Shown in pieces: positions 1 to 9,911 of a DNA stretch of 64,000 bases. The translations under genes were made by a program, and so were the position numbers. Under the pieces are notes generated by a model. The model worked only from the letters and a program-made list of their open reading frames with translations, was not told where the DNA came from and ran no database searches. The DNA is from Patescibacteria group bacterium (GTDB lineage Bacteria > Patescibacteriota > Minisyncoccia > Phycocordibacterales > Phycocordibacteraceae), in the NCBI GenBank assembly GCA_038064495.1, contig JBBTSZ010000002.1, positions 280,934 to 344,933 on the forward strand. Reading direction: 5' to 3'. Position 1 is the stretch's first letter. Each line of letters opens with the position of its first letter.

Positions 1-1
1 C

Positions 2-1012
2 GGGGGTTGGTACTTTGTCGCTAAAAATACCCCGATCCCTCCTCCGATAGAAAAAACACCCATTACCGCTACTACCCTCCAGAAGTCACTTTTCGTACAG
101 AAAGCAGGAGCAGGAGCAGAGACGGAAGTTGAGACTTCAGCTACGGTGTATGCGGGCGATACGCTTCATACGCTTCACACCGGACGCGGATTACTCGCCT
201 CAATAAACGGGACGCAAACCCTTCTTGACTACGACACCGAGCTTACGATTCAAGAGCAGGACGCAACGGGTAGCAAGCAAAGTTATGAACTAACGTTTGG
301 CAGTGTGTGGGCACGAGTACAAAAAGTCCTCGGACAAGGCGAGTATTATGAAATTCAAACCCAGAATGTTGTTGCTGCAGTGCGCGGTACCTCTTTCTCG
401 GTTACCTATCGAGATCACGTAACGACGGTCGTGGTAGTTGAAGGTATGGTGAGCCTCACTCCACTTGACCCACTAACGCACAAGCGACTTACTGAGAAAG
501 AAGTCGTGGTACCAGCGGGTAGCAAAGCAACCATTACAGACGAAGGAGTAATTACGGTGACGTCGCTCACACAAACAGATAAGAAATCAGAGTGGTATCG
601 CTTCAATATGGGTATACGGCAGACACCCCTTTCTACCACAAGCGTAACTGCCCCTACCACAAGCGCGCCTTCCTTACCTACACCAATACCCGTTGAGCCG
701 CAGGTTCCCGTAGTAAAACCGCTTTCTCTGACATCAGTTTCTCCAACCACGGTTGTTTCGCCAAAGCGAGTTACGCTTCGCGGAAGTGGTTTTAGTAAAT
801 TGTCTGAACTTGTTGTGGGAGGCTACAACATACCGAACCGGGATATCACTGTTGAAAGCGATGTGGGTCTCACCTTTAGTACGGAGTCAGTTCCAGCGGG
901 TGTCTACAGTGTGACGGTGATTGATACTGACCAGGGAACAAAAACGCTTGCGCGTGCTCTTACGGTTGAAGCTCCCCCTCAACAACAAACTCCCTACAAC
1001 CAAAAACCCTAA
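2..1012 (+). CDS. FecR-domain protein with C-terminal IPT/TIG-like domain (5' partial)
   Basis: Frame open from position 2 (GGWYFVAK...); FecR-type 'EIQTQNVVAAVRGTSFSV' motif, Pro/Thr linker, 'LTSVSP...VTLRGSGF' IPT-like start. Confidence 0.75.
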   Translation, partial: GGWYFVAKNTPIPPPIEKTPITATTLQKSLFVQKAGAGAETEVETSATVYAGDTLHTLHTGRGLLASINGTQTLLDYDTELTIQEQDATGSKQSYELTFGSVWARVQKVLGQGEYYEIQTQNVVAAVRGTSFSVTYRDHVTTVVVVEGMVSLTPLDPLTHKRLTEKEVVVPAGSKATITDEGVITVTSLTQTDKKSEWYRFNMGIRQTPLSTTSVTAPTTSAPSLPTPIPVEPQVPVVKPLSLTSVSPTTVVSPKRVTLRGSGFSKLSELVVGGYNIPNRDITVESDVGLTFSTESVPAGVYSVTVIDTDQGTKTLARALTVEAPPQQQTPYNQKP

Positions 1013-1015
1013 CTC

Positions 1016-2908
1016 ATGAAAAAGCGTCGAGTACTTTTCCTTCTCGTCTGCATCGCCGCTCTCGTCTCTGGCCTACTACACTACTCAGGCTCGCTAGAAA
1101 GCACCCAGGAGAAAATTTACGATCGGTTTTTTGTGCGTGCCACACCACCAGCTGACGTTGTTATCTTTGCGATTGATGACGAAAGCCTGAAGGAACTCGG
1201 TGGCTGGCCACTTCCACGCTCCGTGCTTGCACAGGCACTTGGAAATTTACAAGGTACACGCGCGGTTGCTTTTGACCTCATTCTTGCTGACCCCTCCTCT
1301 CGTGGAGTAGCGGATGATGCAATACTCGCACAGGCACTGCGTGACTCATCGGTCCCGGTTATTATCCCATTTCAATTTGATGAACGTGGTTTAAAAACCA
1401 CTGAGCCACTGCCTGCTTTTTCTAGTCACAGCACGCGTGCGTATGTGAATTTGTCACTAGATAGTGATGGCGCTATCCGCTCGTATCAGCCAAAGCGCGA
1501 AGGAGAAATGAGTATGTCGGCTTCGCTTCTTCCTGACGTTAATTCTATTCCTTCCGCCGTTCGTATCCGCTACTACGGTCCAGCAAGCACTGTCCTTACT
1601 ATTCCATTTATTGATCTGTACAGAGGCGCAGTGCCCGAATCGGTACTGAACGGTAAAACCGTATTCGTAGGAGTAACCGCGCCTGACCTACACGACATTG
1701 TGCAGACACCGTTTGGTGCAATGCCGGGTGTAGAAGTACAGGCAAGTGCATACGCAACCCTTGCGCAAGGGACGTATTTTAAAGAGACGTCTCCGGTTGT
1801 CTTGGTTCTCCTCCTCCTTGCCGTAGCTCTCCTTGCCGCTTGGTTTATTACGAGCATTTCTCGTCTGTGGCTTCTGGCAGTTCTCCTTACCAGTAGCTTC
1901 GTTCTCATCACACTTGCATCTGCAATACTGTTTGGCTCTCATATCCTGTTCCCAAATCTCACCGTTACTCTTTCATTCGTACTTTCCACTGCGCTCGTGC
2001 TTACGTACCAATACCTTACCGAGTCTAAGGAACGAAAATTCATTCATGATACATTCCAGCACTACCTCATGCCGGAAGTTATTGCTCAGCTGATGGAGCA
2101 TCCTGAAAAATTGGCACTTGGGGGTGAACGACGAAAGCTCACGATTCTGTTTTCTGATATTCGTGGATTCACCACAATATCTGAGGGCATGACACCTGAG
2201 GTACTCATGGAATTCATGAACGAGTATTTGTCAGCAATGACTGATGTCGTTATGGAGTCACGCGGTCTCGTAGATAAATACATTGGCGACGCCGTAATGG
2301 CTTTCTGGGGAGCTCCCATTGAGAACGCACACCAAGCAACAGATGCCTGTCGAAGTGTGCTGGGTATGGCTCGCGAGCTCGAGAAGTTGAATCGCTCATG
2401 GGAAGCACGGGACCTTCCTCGGATACAGATTGGAGTGGGTATTACTACCGGAGACGTAACGGTGGGTAATATGGGTTCCCGCAAACGTTTCAACTACACC
2501 GTGATGGGTGACGAAGTAAACTTCGCGTCACGTCTCGAGGGCCTCACTAAAGTGTACGGCGTAGTGTGTCTTATCAGTGAAGCGGTTGCGCAAGAAATTG
2601 TAGACAGCACTGAGTTCCGTACCCGTGAACTTGACCTGGTGATTGTAAAAGGAAAGAAGGAGCCGAAAGTCATATACGAGCTCATCACGAAACCTGTGGA
2701 TGAGCAGCTTGAAAAAACACTTGTAAGTTTCAAGGAAGGTAGGCAAGCATATATGAAAGGTGATTGGCAGGCTGCGCTCACTCATTTTGAAAAAGCGCAG
2801 ACCTATAGCGCGGACGGTCCAAGCAAACTGTTTGCTGAACGCTGTAAGCAGTTGCTTACGGATCCACCGAATGTGTGGAATGGTGTATACGAATTTACAA
2901 CAAAGTAG
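1016..2908 (+). CDS. CHASE2-domain class III adenylate cyclase
   Basis: CHASE2 motifs (IDDESL..GGWPLPR, PGVEVQA), 3 TM helices, cyclase motifs LFSDIRGFT, DKYIGDA, YTVMGDEVNFASRLE. Confidence 0.92.
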   Translation: MKKRRVLFLLVCIAALVSGLLHYSGSLESTQEKIYDRFFVRATPPADVVIFAIDDESLKELGGWPLPRSVLAQALGNLQGTRAVAFDLILADPSSRGVADDAILAQALRDSSVPVIIPFQFDERGLKTTEPLPAFSSHSTRAYVNLSLDSDGAIRSYQPKREGEMSMSASLLPDVNSIPSAVRIRYYGPASTVLTIPFIDLYRGAVPESVLNGKTVFVGVTAPDLHDIVQTPFGAMPGVEVQASAYATLAQGTYFKETSPVVLVLLLLAVALLAAWFITSISRLWLLAVLLTSSFVLITLASAILFGSHILFPNLTVTLSFVLSTALVLTYQYLTESKERKFIHDTFQHYLMPEVIAQLMEHPEKLALGGERRKLTILFSDIRGFTTISEGMTPEVLMEFMNEYLSAMTDVVMESRGLVDKYIGDAVMAFWGAPIENAHQATDACRSVLGMARELEKLNRSWEARDLPRIQIGVGITTGDVTVGNMGSRKRFNYTVMGDEVNFASRLEGLTKVYGVVCLISEAVAQEIVDSTEFRTRELDLVIVKGKKEPKVIYELITKPVDEQLEKTLVSFKEGRQAYMKGDWQAALTHFEKAQTYSADGPSKLFAERCKQLLTDPPNVWNGVYEFTTK

Positions 2909-2926
2909 ACTGTCACAATTTCTCGT

Positions 2927-3700
2927 ATGATTTCACTCCTCATACCACTCTCCATACTCCTTGCGTACATGACCTTCTTGTATGTCATTGCGCTTCTTGC
3001 GAAGAACAATGCACTTGCGGACGTGGGTTATGGTATCGGTTTCAGCATTCTTTCGGTGGCGACGGTGTTTAATGCACCGCTTGCCTCAAGTGGCTCGCTT
3101 ATCTTGGTTGCGCTTGTGGCACTCTGGGGAAGTCGTCTCTCACTTCGCATCTTCACCAAGAACCGCGGCAAACCGGAAGATTTTCGATACAAGGCTTGGC
3201 GGGACGAATGGGGTGACCAATTCGCACTTCGCAGTTTCCTCCAAGTGTTTATGCTTCAAGGGTTGATTATCTTTCTCGTCGCGCTTCCGGTGACGCTTGC
3301 GCTCACGCATCCTAACTTCTTGCACTCACCACTCTTTACGTTCGGGTTTCTGGTGTGGTGCGTTGGCTTTCTCCTTGAGGCAGTCGGTGACTACCAACTT
3401 GATGCCTTTATCACAAAGTCTGAGAATACGGGAAAGATTATGCAGTCGGGACTCTGGAAGTACACCCGCCACCCAAACTACTTTGGCGAGAGCGTCATGT
3501 GGTGGGGAATTGCAGTATCCGCTTCAAGCATAACAACACTCCCTCTTTTGTGTTTCGTAAGTCCCGTCCTCATTACGTATCTGTTGCTCCGCGTCTCCGG
3601 TGTACCGCTTCTTGAAAAGCGATGGGAAGGGCGTTCAGATTGGGAAACATATAAAGCAAAAACACCCGTATTTATTCCTCTTATAAAAGAATTCAAATAA
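2927..3700 (+). CDS. DUF1295 / steroid 5-alpha-reductase-like membrane protein
   Basis: EDFRY, GLWKYTRHPNYFGE and SGVPLLE motifs; multiple TM helices. Confidence 0.88.
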   Translation: MISLLIPLSILLAYMTFLYVIALLAKNNALADVGYGIGFSILSVATVFNAPLASSGSLILVALVALWGSRLSLRIFTKNRGKPEDFRYKAWRDEWGDQFALRSFLQVFMLQGLIIFLVALPVTLALTHPNFLHSPLFTFGFLVWCVGFLLEAVGDYQLDAFITKSENTGKIMQSGLWKYTRHPNYFGESVMWWGIAVSASSITTLPLLCFVSPVLITYLLLRVSGVPLLEKRWEGRSDWETYKAKTPVFIPLIKEFK

Positions 3701-3716
3701 GCGGTATACTTTTCAT

Positions 3717-3902
3717 ATGAATATCTTCAAAACAAAAGCACTTGCTTGGTGGCAGATAAGCTTACTCAAATTCTGTGTGCTCTCGTTTGGCCTGGTCGTT
3801 GGTGCGCATTTCTCATCAGTCATTCTCCCATATACAACCTTTCTCCTCACGATTGGCGTAGTGCTTGCGATCTATCTTGGTTACATCTGGTTCAAGAAAT
3901 AG
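3717..3902 (+). CDS. Small two-TM membrane protein
   Basis: Hydrophobic 61 aa ORF; TATACT 6 nt before ATG. Confidence 0.65.
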   Translation: MNIFKTKALAWWQISLLKFCVLSFGLVVGAHFSSVILPYTTFLLTIGVVLAIYLGYIWFKK

Positions 3903-4039
3903 TGTGCACAAAATAGGAGCGCGCCTTTGTGAACAGACAGCGATGAGTTAATTGATTAGCTCCCCATTTGTTGTAGAATATCGTTCGCTGCTCTTTTCAT
4001 GGGGCACGAATAGACTTGATACAAACAGGGAGAAACAAC

Positions 4040-4573
4040 GTGACAGAATTGGCACTTGTCGGCCACATAGCTGACACACGTACACGGCATGCTGCAAGTC
4101 GTGGGACAAATGAACCCGCCCAGCTGCTGATTGAAATATCACCCGCGATACCGTTACGGGTCGTGGGTTTGCGAAACGATACCGGGCTTTACATTGCTGA
4201 ACGTTCTTGGATTTTGCGAAAGCTTTTCCGCTGGGCACTTACCCGAGCGAAGCGGCGATACGAACGCATCGACATCACGCTGAAGGCGTATCGACTGGTT
4301 CGGCCAGCTACTGAGGTGGAAATACGTTCGGCACTTCAGCCGAACTACGCATTCACCGAGCTTCAGGCAAATACCTGTATCCAGCAACTCATTGATCGGC
4401 ATATACTTGAGCCTGAGAAGAGCTTTCTGAGCAAATCTACCCGCAATGTGTTCTTCACCAGGCGTCCACTGTTGTTGTACAGCTATTACGGGAAGGACGA
4501 CTGGTTCGTAGATTCTGAAGAGTCACACGCCGGAAAATGGGAAATCGGTGCGATTATTTTTGCTCACACCTAA
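4040..4573 (+). CDS. Hypothetical protein, paralogue of 4715-5191
   Basis: GGGAG SD then GTG at 4040; aligns with the next ORF. Confidence 0.65.
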   Translation: MTELALVGHIADTRTRHAASRGTNEPAQLLIEISPAIPLRVVGLRNDTGLYIAERSWILRKLFRWALTRAKRRYERIDITLKAYRLVRPATEVEIRSALQPNYAFTELQANTCIQQLIDRHILEPEKSFLSKSTRNVFFTRRPLLLYSYYGKDDWFVDSEESHAGKWEIGAIIFAHT

Positions 4574-4591
4574 TCCCCGCACGAACTGCAA

Positions 4592-4639
4592 CAACCCCTT
4601 TCTGTCTCGCACCTCAGGTGCAGGGCGGGAAGGGGTTTT
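4592..4639 (+). terminator. Hairpin/terminator
   Basis: aacccctttc...gcacc-tca-ggtgc...ggaaggggtt followed by T-tract. Confidence 0.65.
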
Positions 4640-4714
4640 ATGTTTGACATTCCGCGACTTATATGTAATGATAATGAAGGAATATTTCACGTTTCAACAA
4701 AGAGGGGAAATGCG

Positions 4715-5191
4715 ATGAGCGAAATGCTCACAACGAAAGTACTCGGCCCGACAACATCCATTGAGTTGGATTTTGTACCAAGGATGCTTACGCCATTTAC
4801 GGCAACAGTACCAGTTTCGTTTTGTAGGCGTTTTGAATCTGACGTCCTTCAACGTGCCAAAGCAACATACCTTTCGCGTACTGTTCTCACGGCATATCCC
4901 GTGATGGGTGACTTCTCGGACGACGACATCATTGCCTCACTTCCAGATGGTTATTTCTTTTCGGAATGGGAAGTCTGCGCGCGCCTCCAACAGCTTGCTG
5001 AACTGCAACCACGTGACGTTGAAGGGTACCTGATTCCTGGCGAACGTCCAAATTTGTTCTATCTTCGTGACTCAGTGGTAGAAATGAAAAATCGTTTTGC
5101 CAAAGGATGGCACGCATCTGTGTATCCGAAGAATGAGCTCCCGTGGGACAAATGGACGCAAGTGGTTTCGCGAACACCACCTACTTGTTGA
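4715..5191 (+). CDS. Hypothetical protein, paralogue of 4040-4573
   Basis: TTGACA at 4644, GAGGGG SD, ATG at 4715. Confidence 0.7.
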   Translation: MSEMLTTKVLGPTTSIELDFVPRMLTPFTATVPVSFCRRFESDVLQRAKATYLSRTVLTAYPVMGDFSDDDIIASLPDGYFFSEWEVCARLQQLAELQPRDVEGYLIPGERPNLFYLRDSVVEMKNRFAKGWHASVYPKNELPWDKWTQVVSRTPPTC

Positions 5192-5194
5192 ACC

Positions 5195-5226
5195 AAAACC
5201 CTCGCACCAGCGGTGCGGGGGTTTTT
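5195..5226 (+). terminator. Hairpin/terminator
   Basis: aaaaccctcgcacc-agc-ggtgcgggggttttt. Confidence 0.7.
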
Positions 5227-5253
5227 CATATCTACGTCTGCTACACTCTCTTT

Positions 5254-5973
5254 ATGCATCACGTCCATAAGTCCGTACACCACGAGCTTCATACCAATGT
5301 GTCCGCAGGTCGTCAAAATTGGCTTCGCGCTGCGGTACTTGGTTCAAACGATGGCATTGTCTCACTCTCAGCCCTTGTGGTGGGCGTTGCCGGAGCGTCT
5401 GCAAGTCCGCACACACTCCTTGTCACCGGTGTTGCTGGGCTTCTTGCCGGAGCCCTTTCCATGGCCGTTGGTGAGTATATTTCCGTGAGTAGTCAGCGGG
5501 ATACCGAGCGCGCACTTCTTGAAAAGGAACGGTACGAGTTGGAACATTATGCCGATACGGAACTTGATGAGCTCACCTCGCTCTATGAGCAGAAAGGGTT
5601 ACGCCCTCAAACAGCACGTACGGTAGCAGAAGAGCTCACCAAGCACGACGTGTTTGCCGCCCATGTGGATGCAGAACTCAACATAGACCCGGAGAATCTT
5701 ACGAGTCCGTGGCAAGCAGCCTTTGCCTCTGCTGCTTCGTTCACTATTGGCGCTCTCATTCCGCTCCTCGCCATTGTGCTCCCGTCTCCAAGTATCCGTA
5801 TTCCCGTCACGTTTATCGCCGTACTCCTTGCGCTTATTGCAACTGGTGTTCTCTCTGCTCGAGTTAGTGAGACTAAGACCCTTCCTGTGACAGCTCGCAC
5901 GGTATTTGGTGGAGTGCTCGCTATGGCAATTACCTTTGGTATCGGAAGCCTGTTTAACGTACCGGCTATATAA
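5254..5973 (+). CDS. VIT1/CCC1 family Fe/Mn transporter
   Basis: NWLRAAVLGSNDGIVS and SMAVGEYISVSSQRD motifs. Confidence 0.92.
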   Translation: MHHVHKSVHHELHTNVSAGRQNWLRAAVLGSNDGIVSLSALVVGVAGASASPHTLLVTGVAGLLAGALSMAVGEYISVSSQRDTERALLEKERYELEHYADTELDELTSLYEQKGLRPQTARTVAEELTKHDVFAAHVDAELNIDPENLTSPWQAAFASAASFTIGALIPLLAIVLPSPSIRIPVTFIAVLLALIATGVLSARVSETKTLPVTARTVFGGVLAMAITFGIGSLFNVPAI

Positions 5974-6012
5974 AAAAGTGGCCACAAGCTTGCGCTTGCG
6001 GCCACGTGTAGT

Positions 6013-6627
6013 TCAGGAATTCTTTTCGAGCACGAGCATCTCGGCGACGGCGATTTTCCCGTACAAATTCTTCAGGAAGTCGCAGTAGCCCCGGCCCGGG
6101 TCGGCGACGAAAATGTCACCATTTTCAACCTTCAAGGCATAGACCCAGTGTTGGCCGGCCTTGCCTGAGGCTGAGTGGTTCAGGCGAAGAACGACGAATC
6201 GTCCTTGCTTGAGCTCAGCTTCAATCAAGGCAGCCACGGTCGCGTCTGTGACGCGCACGCGAGCAACCGGGGTCAAGGGAAGCGCGGTACCGAGTTTCGT
6301 CGGCACAATACGACCCTCTTTGGTGACGAGACCTTTTGCTTCCAGATCCTGCACGAGCAGGAGCGGGTTGATAGAGGTATCGCCAGCGTGGAAAGCTGCC
6401 ATGGAAAGGGAAGTCACGAGACATCCCTTCCTGCCGATAGTAGAGCGACCAAGCCGAGCATGTCGCCACGCCGGGTCGCCCTGCGAAAAGAATTGAAAGA
6501 GCTTGTCAGTGACCGTCTGCGCCACTGTTTCTTGCACTTGCGGTGTCGATTGGTTCGACACCTCCTGCGCGTAACTTTTCGTGGTCGCAAAAAACATCAC
6601 GATCACGAAAAGGAGAATCTTTCTCAT
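6013..6627 (-). CDS. Secreted C39-like (papain-fold) peptidase
   Basis: Signal peptide; FSQGDPAW, GCLVTS (Cys), QHWV (His), ADPG (Asp). Confidence 0.75.
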   Translation of the reverse strand: MRKILLFVIVMFFATTKSYAQEVSNQSTPQVQETVAQTVTDKLFQFFSQGDPAWRHARLGRSTIGRKGCLVTSLSMAAFHAGDTSINPLLLVQDLEAKGLVTKEGRIVPTKLGTALPLTPVARVRVTDATVAALIEAELKQGRFVVLRLNHSASGKAGQHWVYALKVENGDIFVADPGRGYCDFLKNLYGKIAVAEMLVLEKNS

Positions 6628-6755
6628 AAAACCTCCTTTTACAGTGATGAGAAGACTCTAACTATATAACATTTTGAAAGTACTATGTCAAGGACTCGTA
6701 CCGGGGATAGCGGAAAACTTCGGTTTATGGAGCACGTAGCGTAAAATAAATGCAC

Positions 6756-7832
6756 ATGAAAGCTCCTCAGGTGGCCTCAAAAGGACCCCTCTATCTTGGT
6801 GGGGCGCTCCTCGCAACCGTTCTTCTTATCTTCATCGTGTTGCCTGAAGTGTTTGCAGGCAGGTATGACAGTGCTCAAGCACAAGGAACCTCTACCGTGA
6901 AAGCTATCTTCAATAAAGTAGCGGACGCACCCCCAACCCTTGATACCAAAGACTATGACCGCCGCATGCTTAAGCTTGCCAACTACGCAAGTACCACTGC
7001 AAGCACGACACGTGCGTGGCCGGTAAAGGGTCCCTATCCAAAAGTCGGAGCCGTTCTCCCGTTTAAACGCATTGTTGCATACTACGGTAACTTCTATTCA
7101 ACCAAGATGGGGGCGCTCGGAGAATATCCACCTGACATCATGGTTCAGAAGTTGGATCACGAGGTGAAAGTGTGGGCTGCTGCTGACCCGTCTACACCGG
7201 TCGTGCCTGCCATTCACTACATTGTAACGACTGCACAGGGTACCGCTCAGGCAGACGGCACGTATCGTCTTCGGATGCCCGCCGCACAAATTCAAAAAGC
7301 TATTGATCTTGGAAATCAAATACACGGACTCGTCTTCCTTGATATACAGGTCGGCCTCTCTGACCTACCGCGTGAACTTCCGCGTCTTGAGCCGTATCTC
7401 AAACAACCAAACGTGCACCTTGCCGTTGATCCTGAATTCGCGATGCATAATGGGGTGAAGCCGGGACGTGTCATTGGCACGATGGACGCCGTCGATATAA
7501 ATTACGCAACCACCTTCCTTGCTCGTATTGTGAAGGAAAATAATCTTCCACCAAAAATCTTGGTCATTCATCGGTTCACTGAAGATATGGTGACCGGCTA
7601 CAAACGAATTACCCTTCAGCCAGAAGTGCAGATAGTCATGGACATGGATGGCTGGGGATTTGGTGCAAAAAAGATAAATACCTACAAGCGGGTCATTACA
7701 CAGGAGCCCGTACAGTTCACTGGATTTAAATTATTCTATAAAAACGACCTCAAACCGCCCTCTACACGCCTTTTGACTCCACAAGAAGTGCTGAGTCTTA
7801 CACCTGCGCCAAGTTATATTCAGTACCAGTAG
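6756..7832 (+). CDS. Membrane-anchored conserved hypothetical protein, possible TIM-barrel glycan hydrolase fold
   Basis: N-terminal TM; IVAYYGN, LDIQVG, VHLAVDPEF, MDGWG, GFKLFY motifs; start 6750 or 6756. Confidence 0.6.
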   Translation: MKAPQVASKGPLYLGGALLATVLLIFIVLPEVFAGRYDSAQAQGTSTVKAIFNKVADAPPTLDTKDYDRRMLKLANYASTTASTTRAWPVKGPYPKVGAVLPFKRIVAYYGNFYSTKMGALGEYPPDIMVQKLDHEVKVWAAADPSTPVVPAIHYIVTTAQGTAQADGTYRLRMPAAQIQKAIDLGNQIHGLVFLDIQVGLSDLPRELPRLEPYLKQPNVHLAVDPEFAMHNGVKPGRVIGTMDAVDINYATTFLARIVKENNLPPKILVIHRFTEDMVTGYKRITLQPEVQIVMDMDGWGFGAKKINTYKRVITQEPVQFTGFKLFYKNDLKPPSTRLLTPQEVLSLTPAPSYIQYQ

Positions 7833-7903
7833 CGAGGTGGAAAACGTAAGGAACGTCGCTTGTTGACGGTAGACTTTCGGTATAGCTCTTAATTTACTAA
7901 CGT

Positions 7904-8173
7904 ATGACACACCTACCACCCATTAAAGTTGGTCTCGTCTTCGGGTTATTTCTCGCACTCCTGCATATCGCATGGTCTACACTTGTGGCTCTCCACCTCG
8001 GTCAACTTCTGCTTAATTTCTCTCTACGCATGCACATGATCCGGCCTGCATTCACGGTGGAACCATTTGATATAGGGCGAGCACTTGGACTCGTCATTAT
8101 TGCTTTTTGTATTGGTTACATTGTGGGACATGTGTTCGCTAAAATATGGAACCTGGTCGCGCACGGGTCGTAG
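7904..8173 (+). CDS. Small membrane protein
   Basis: 89 aa, two hydrophobic segments. Confidence 0.65.
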   Translation: MTHLPPIKVGLVFGLFLALLHIAWSTLVALHLGQLLLNFSLRMHMIRPAFTVEPFDIGRALGLVIIAFCIGYIVGHVFAKIWNLVAHGS

Positions 8174-8926
8174 CTACAGACCGAGTGACGTAAGAAATGT
8201 AGAGAGTTCCTTTCCTTCAAGACGCCTATAGCCACCGACAGGGAGATTCCCCAAGGTAACATTCAGTATAGAAAGTCGTTTCAGGTCCCGTACCTCGTTG
8301 TGCATAGCGACCACCATACGCCGAATTTGATGCTTTTTACCTTCGGTAAGAGTAATGCGAAACTTTGATTCACCCGTCACTTCTACATGCGCCCTACGTG
8401 TCACGTAGCCTTCAATATCAACCCCCTTTTCCATGTGCTCAGCAAATGAAGGGCGTAGAGGTAGTTTCGTTGTCACCTCATAGGTTTTGCTGTGGTCCCG
8501 ATCCGGGTGGAGAAGTCGGTCCGTAACCCTCCCATCATTCGTAAGAAGTAAGAGCCCTGCGGAAGCTTTATCAAGACGGCCAAGTGGAAACAGGCGGAGC
8601 CGCTTCAAATCACTCGGAAGCATAGCAAGCACATCTTGCTCACCCTTTTCTTCTGACTGGGTCACAAGTCCTTTGGGCTTGTTGAAGGCGAGGTACACGT
8701 AGGTACGTAGCGGGCGTGATTTCACCTCCACGACATCCGTTTCCTCCACCTTATCTCCAAGCACGGCTTTCTTACTGTTGATAGTCACTAAACCCTTTTC
8801 GATAAGGGTATCGGCATCACGCCTCGTAGCATGTCCTTGGTGCGCAAGGAATTTGTTTAACCGCATAGGATAGAGCGGAGTGGCGGGCTCGGGTGGAGGA
8901 ATACGACGCCGAGAAGGTACAGACAT
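8174..8926 (-). CDS. RsuA/RluB/RluF family rRNA pseudouridine synthase
   Basis: S4 domain MRLNKFLA, FNKPKG, GRLDK (catalytic Asp), GLLLLTNDG, EGKKHQIRRM. Confidence 0.93.
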   Translation of the reverse strand: MSVPSRRRIPPPEPATPLYPMRLNKFLAHQGHATRRDADTLIEKGLVTINSKKAVLGDKVEETDVVEVKSRPLRTYVYLAFNKPKGLVTQSEEKGEQDVLAMLPSDLKRLRLFPLGRLDKASAGLLLLTNDGRVTDRLLHPDRDHSKTYEVTTKLPLRPSFAEHMEKGVDIEGYVTRRAHVEVTGESKFRITLTEGKKHQIRRMVVAMHNEVRDLKRLSILNVTLGNLPVGGYRRLEGKELSTFLTSLGL

Positions 8927-9045
8927 AGTGAGACTGTAGCACAACGGACGGATGAAAGAGTACGGAAGGGACAGCGTCTAATTCTGTGGAAAACGTGGAT
9001 TGTAAACTTTGCGCGTTCGGACCGGCACGGTACCATAGGAGCACA

Positions 9046-9321
9046 ATGAACGACTTTCTCAAGATGGATATTTTCTTCGTGGTGGCCACGCTCGCCGTCG
9101 TTGTTTTGACACTCCTTCTTGTTGTGGTGCTCATTCGTGTACTTCGTATTCTTAAAAACATTGACCGCATTTCTCAGATGGTGGAAGAAGAGGGACAGAG
9201 AATCCGAGAAGATGTGGCTGATGTACGGGCAAAGATAAAAGAAGAAGGATTCAAACTCTTCAGTCTCTTCAATATTTTCAAACCCTCACTGAAACGACGA
9301 CGTTCTGCTAAGAAATCGTAA
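9046..9321 (+). CDS. Single-TM coiled-coil protein (DUF948-like)
   Basis: TM helix plus coiled coil; AGGAG upstream. Confidence 0.6.
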   Translation: MNDFLKMDIFFVVATLAVVVLTLLLVVVLIRVLRILKNIDRISQMVEEEGQRIREDVADVRAKIKEEGFKLFSLFNIFKPSLKRRRSAKKS

Positions 9322-9335
9322 TTAACTTCATACCT

Positions 9336-9773
9336 ATGGCAACAAAGAAAACTACAAACAAGGGAGCTTCAGTAGCGAGTGCAGCTGCGCTCGCTGGTGC
9401 CGCAGCAGCAGGAGCTACGTATTATTTTTATGGTACTAAGAATGCAAAGAAACACCGCCAAGCAGCAAGTGCATGGGCGAAAGGTCTGAAGCGTGACGTC
9501 CTTAAGGGTGCTAAGTCCTTGAAGAAGATTGATGCAAAGACGGTCGCGCGCGTGGTGGATGATGCTGCATCAATGTACGAAAGCGCACGGGGTGTTACGA
9601 AAGCTGATGTGAAAAAGGCCGCGTCTGAACTTAAGAAGAATTGGAAGATGGTGGAGAAAGAACTCACCCCTTCTAAGGTCGTGAAGCGTGCTCTTGACGA
9701 AGGTATGAAGCACGCAACGAAAGCAGTAAAAACTGCTAAGAAAGCAGTTAGGAAAGCAACAAAAAAACGTTAA
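9336..9773 (+). CDS. Lys/Ala-rich hypothetical protein (YtxH-like N-terminus)
   Basis: AAAAGATYYFYG followed by basic helices. Confidence 0.6.
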   Translation: MATKKTTNKGASVASAAALAGAAAAGATYYFYGTKNAKKHRQAASAWAKGLKRDVLKGAKSLKKIDAKTVARVVDDAASMYESARGVTKADVKKAASELKKNWKMVEKELTPSKVVKRALDEGMKHATKAVKTAKKAVRKATKKR

Positions 9774-9911
9774 CGCTTGTTTTCTGTGTGCGAGAATAGA
9801 AAATCCCTCCCTGGGATTTTCTCCGTTTTTCTCGCGCGTAGGGCTTGGCTCTGTTAGCATAGAATCACGCGCCCGCGGGGTAAGAGTACCCGCTACAGCA
9901 CGTCATACTCA

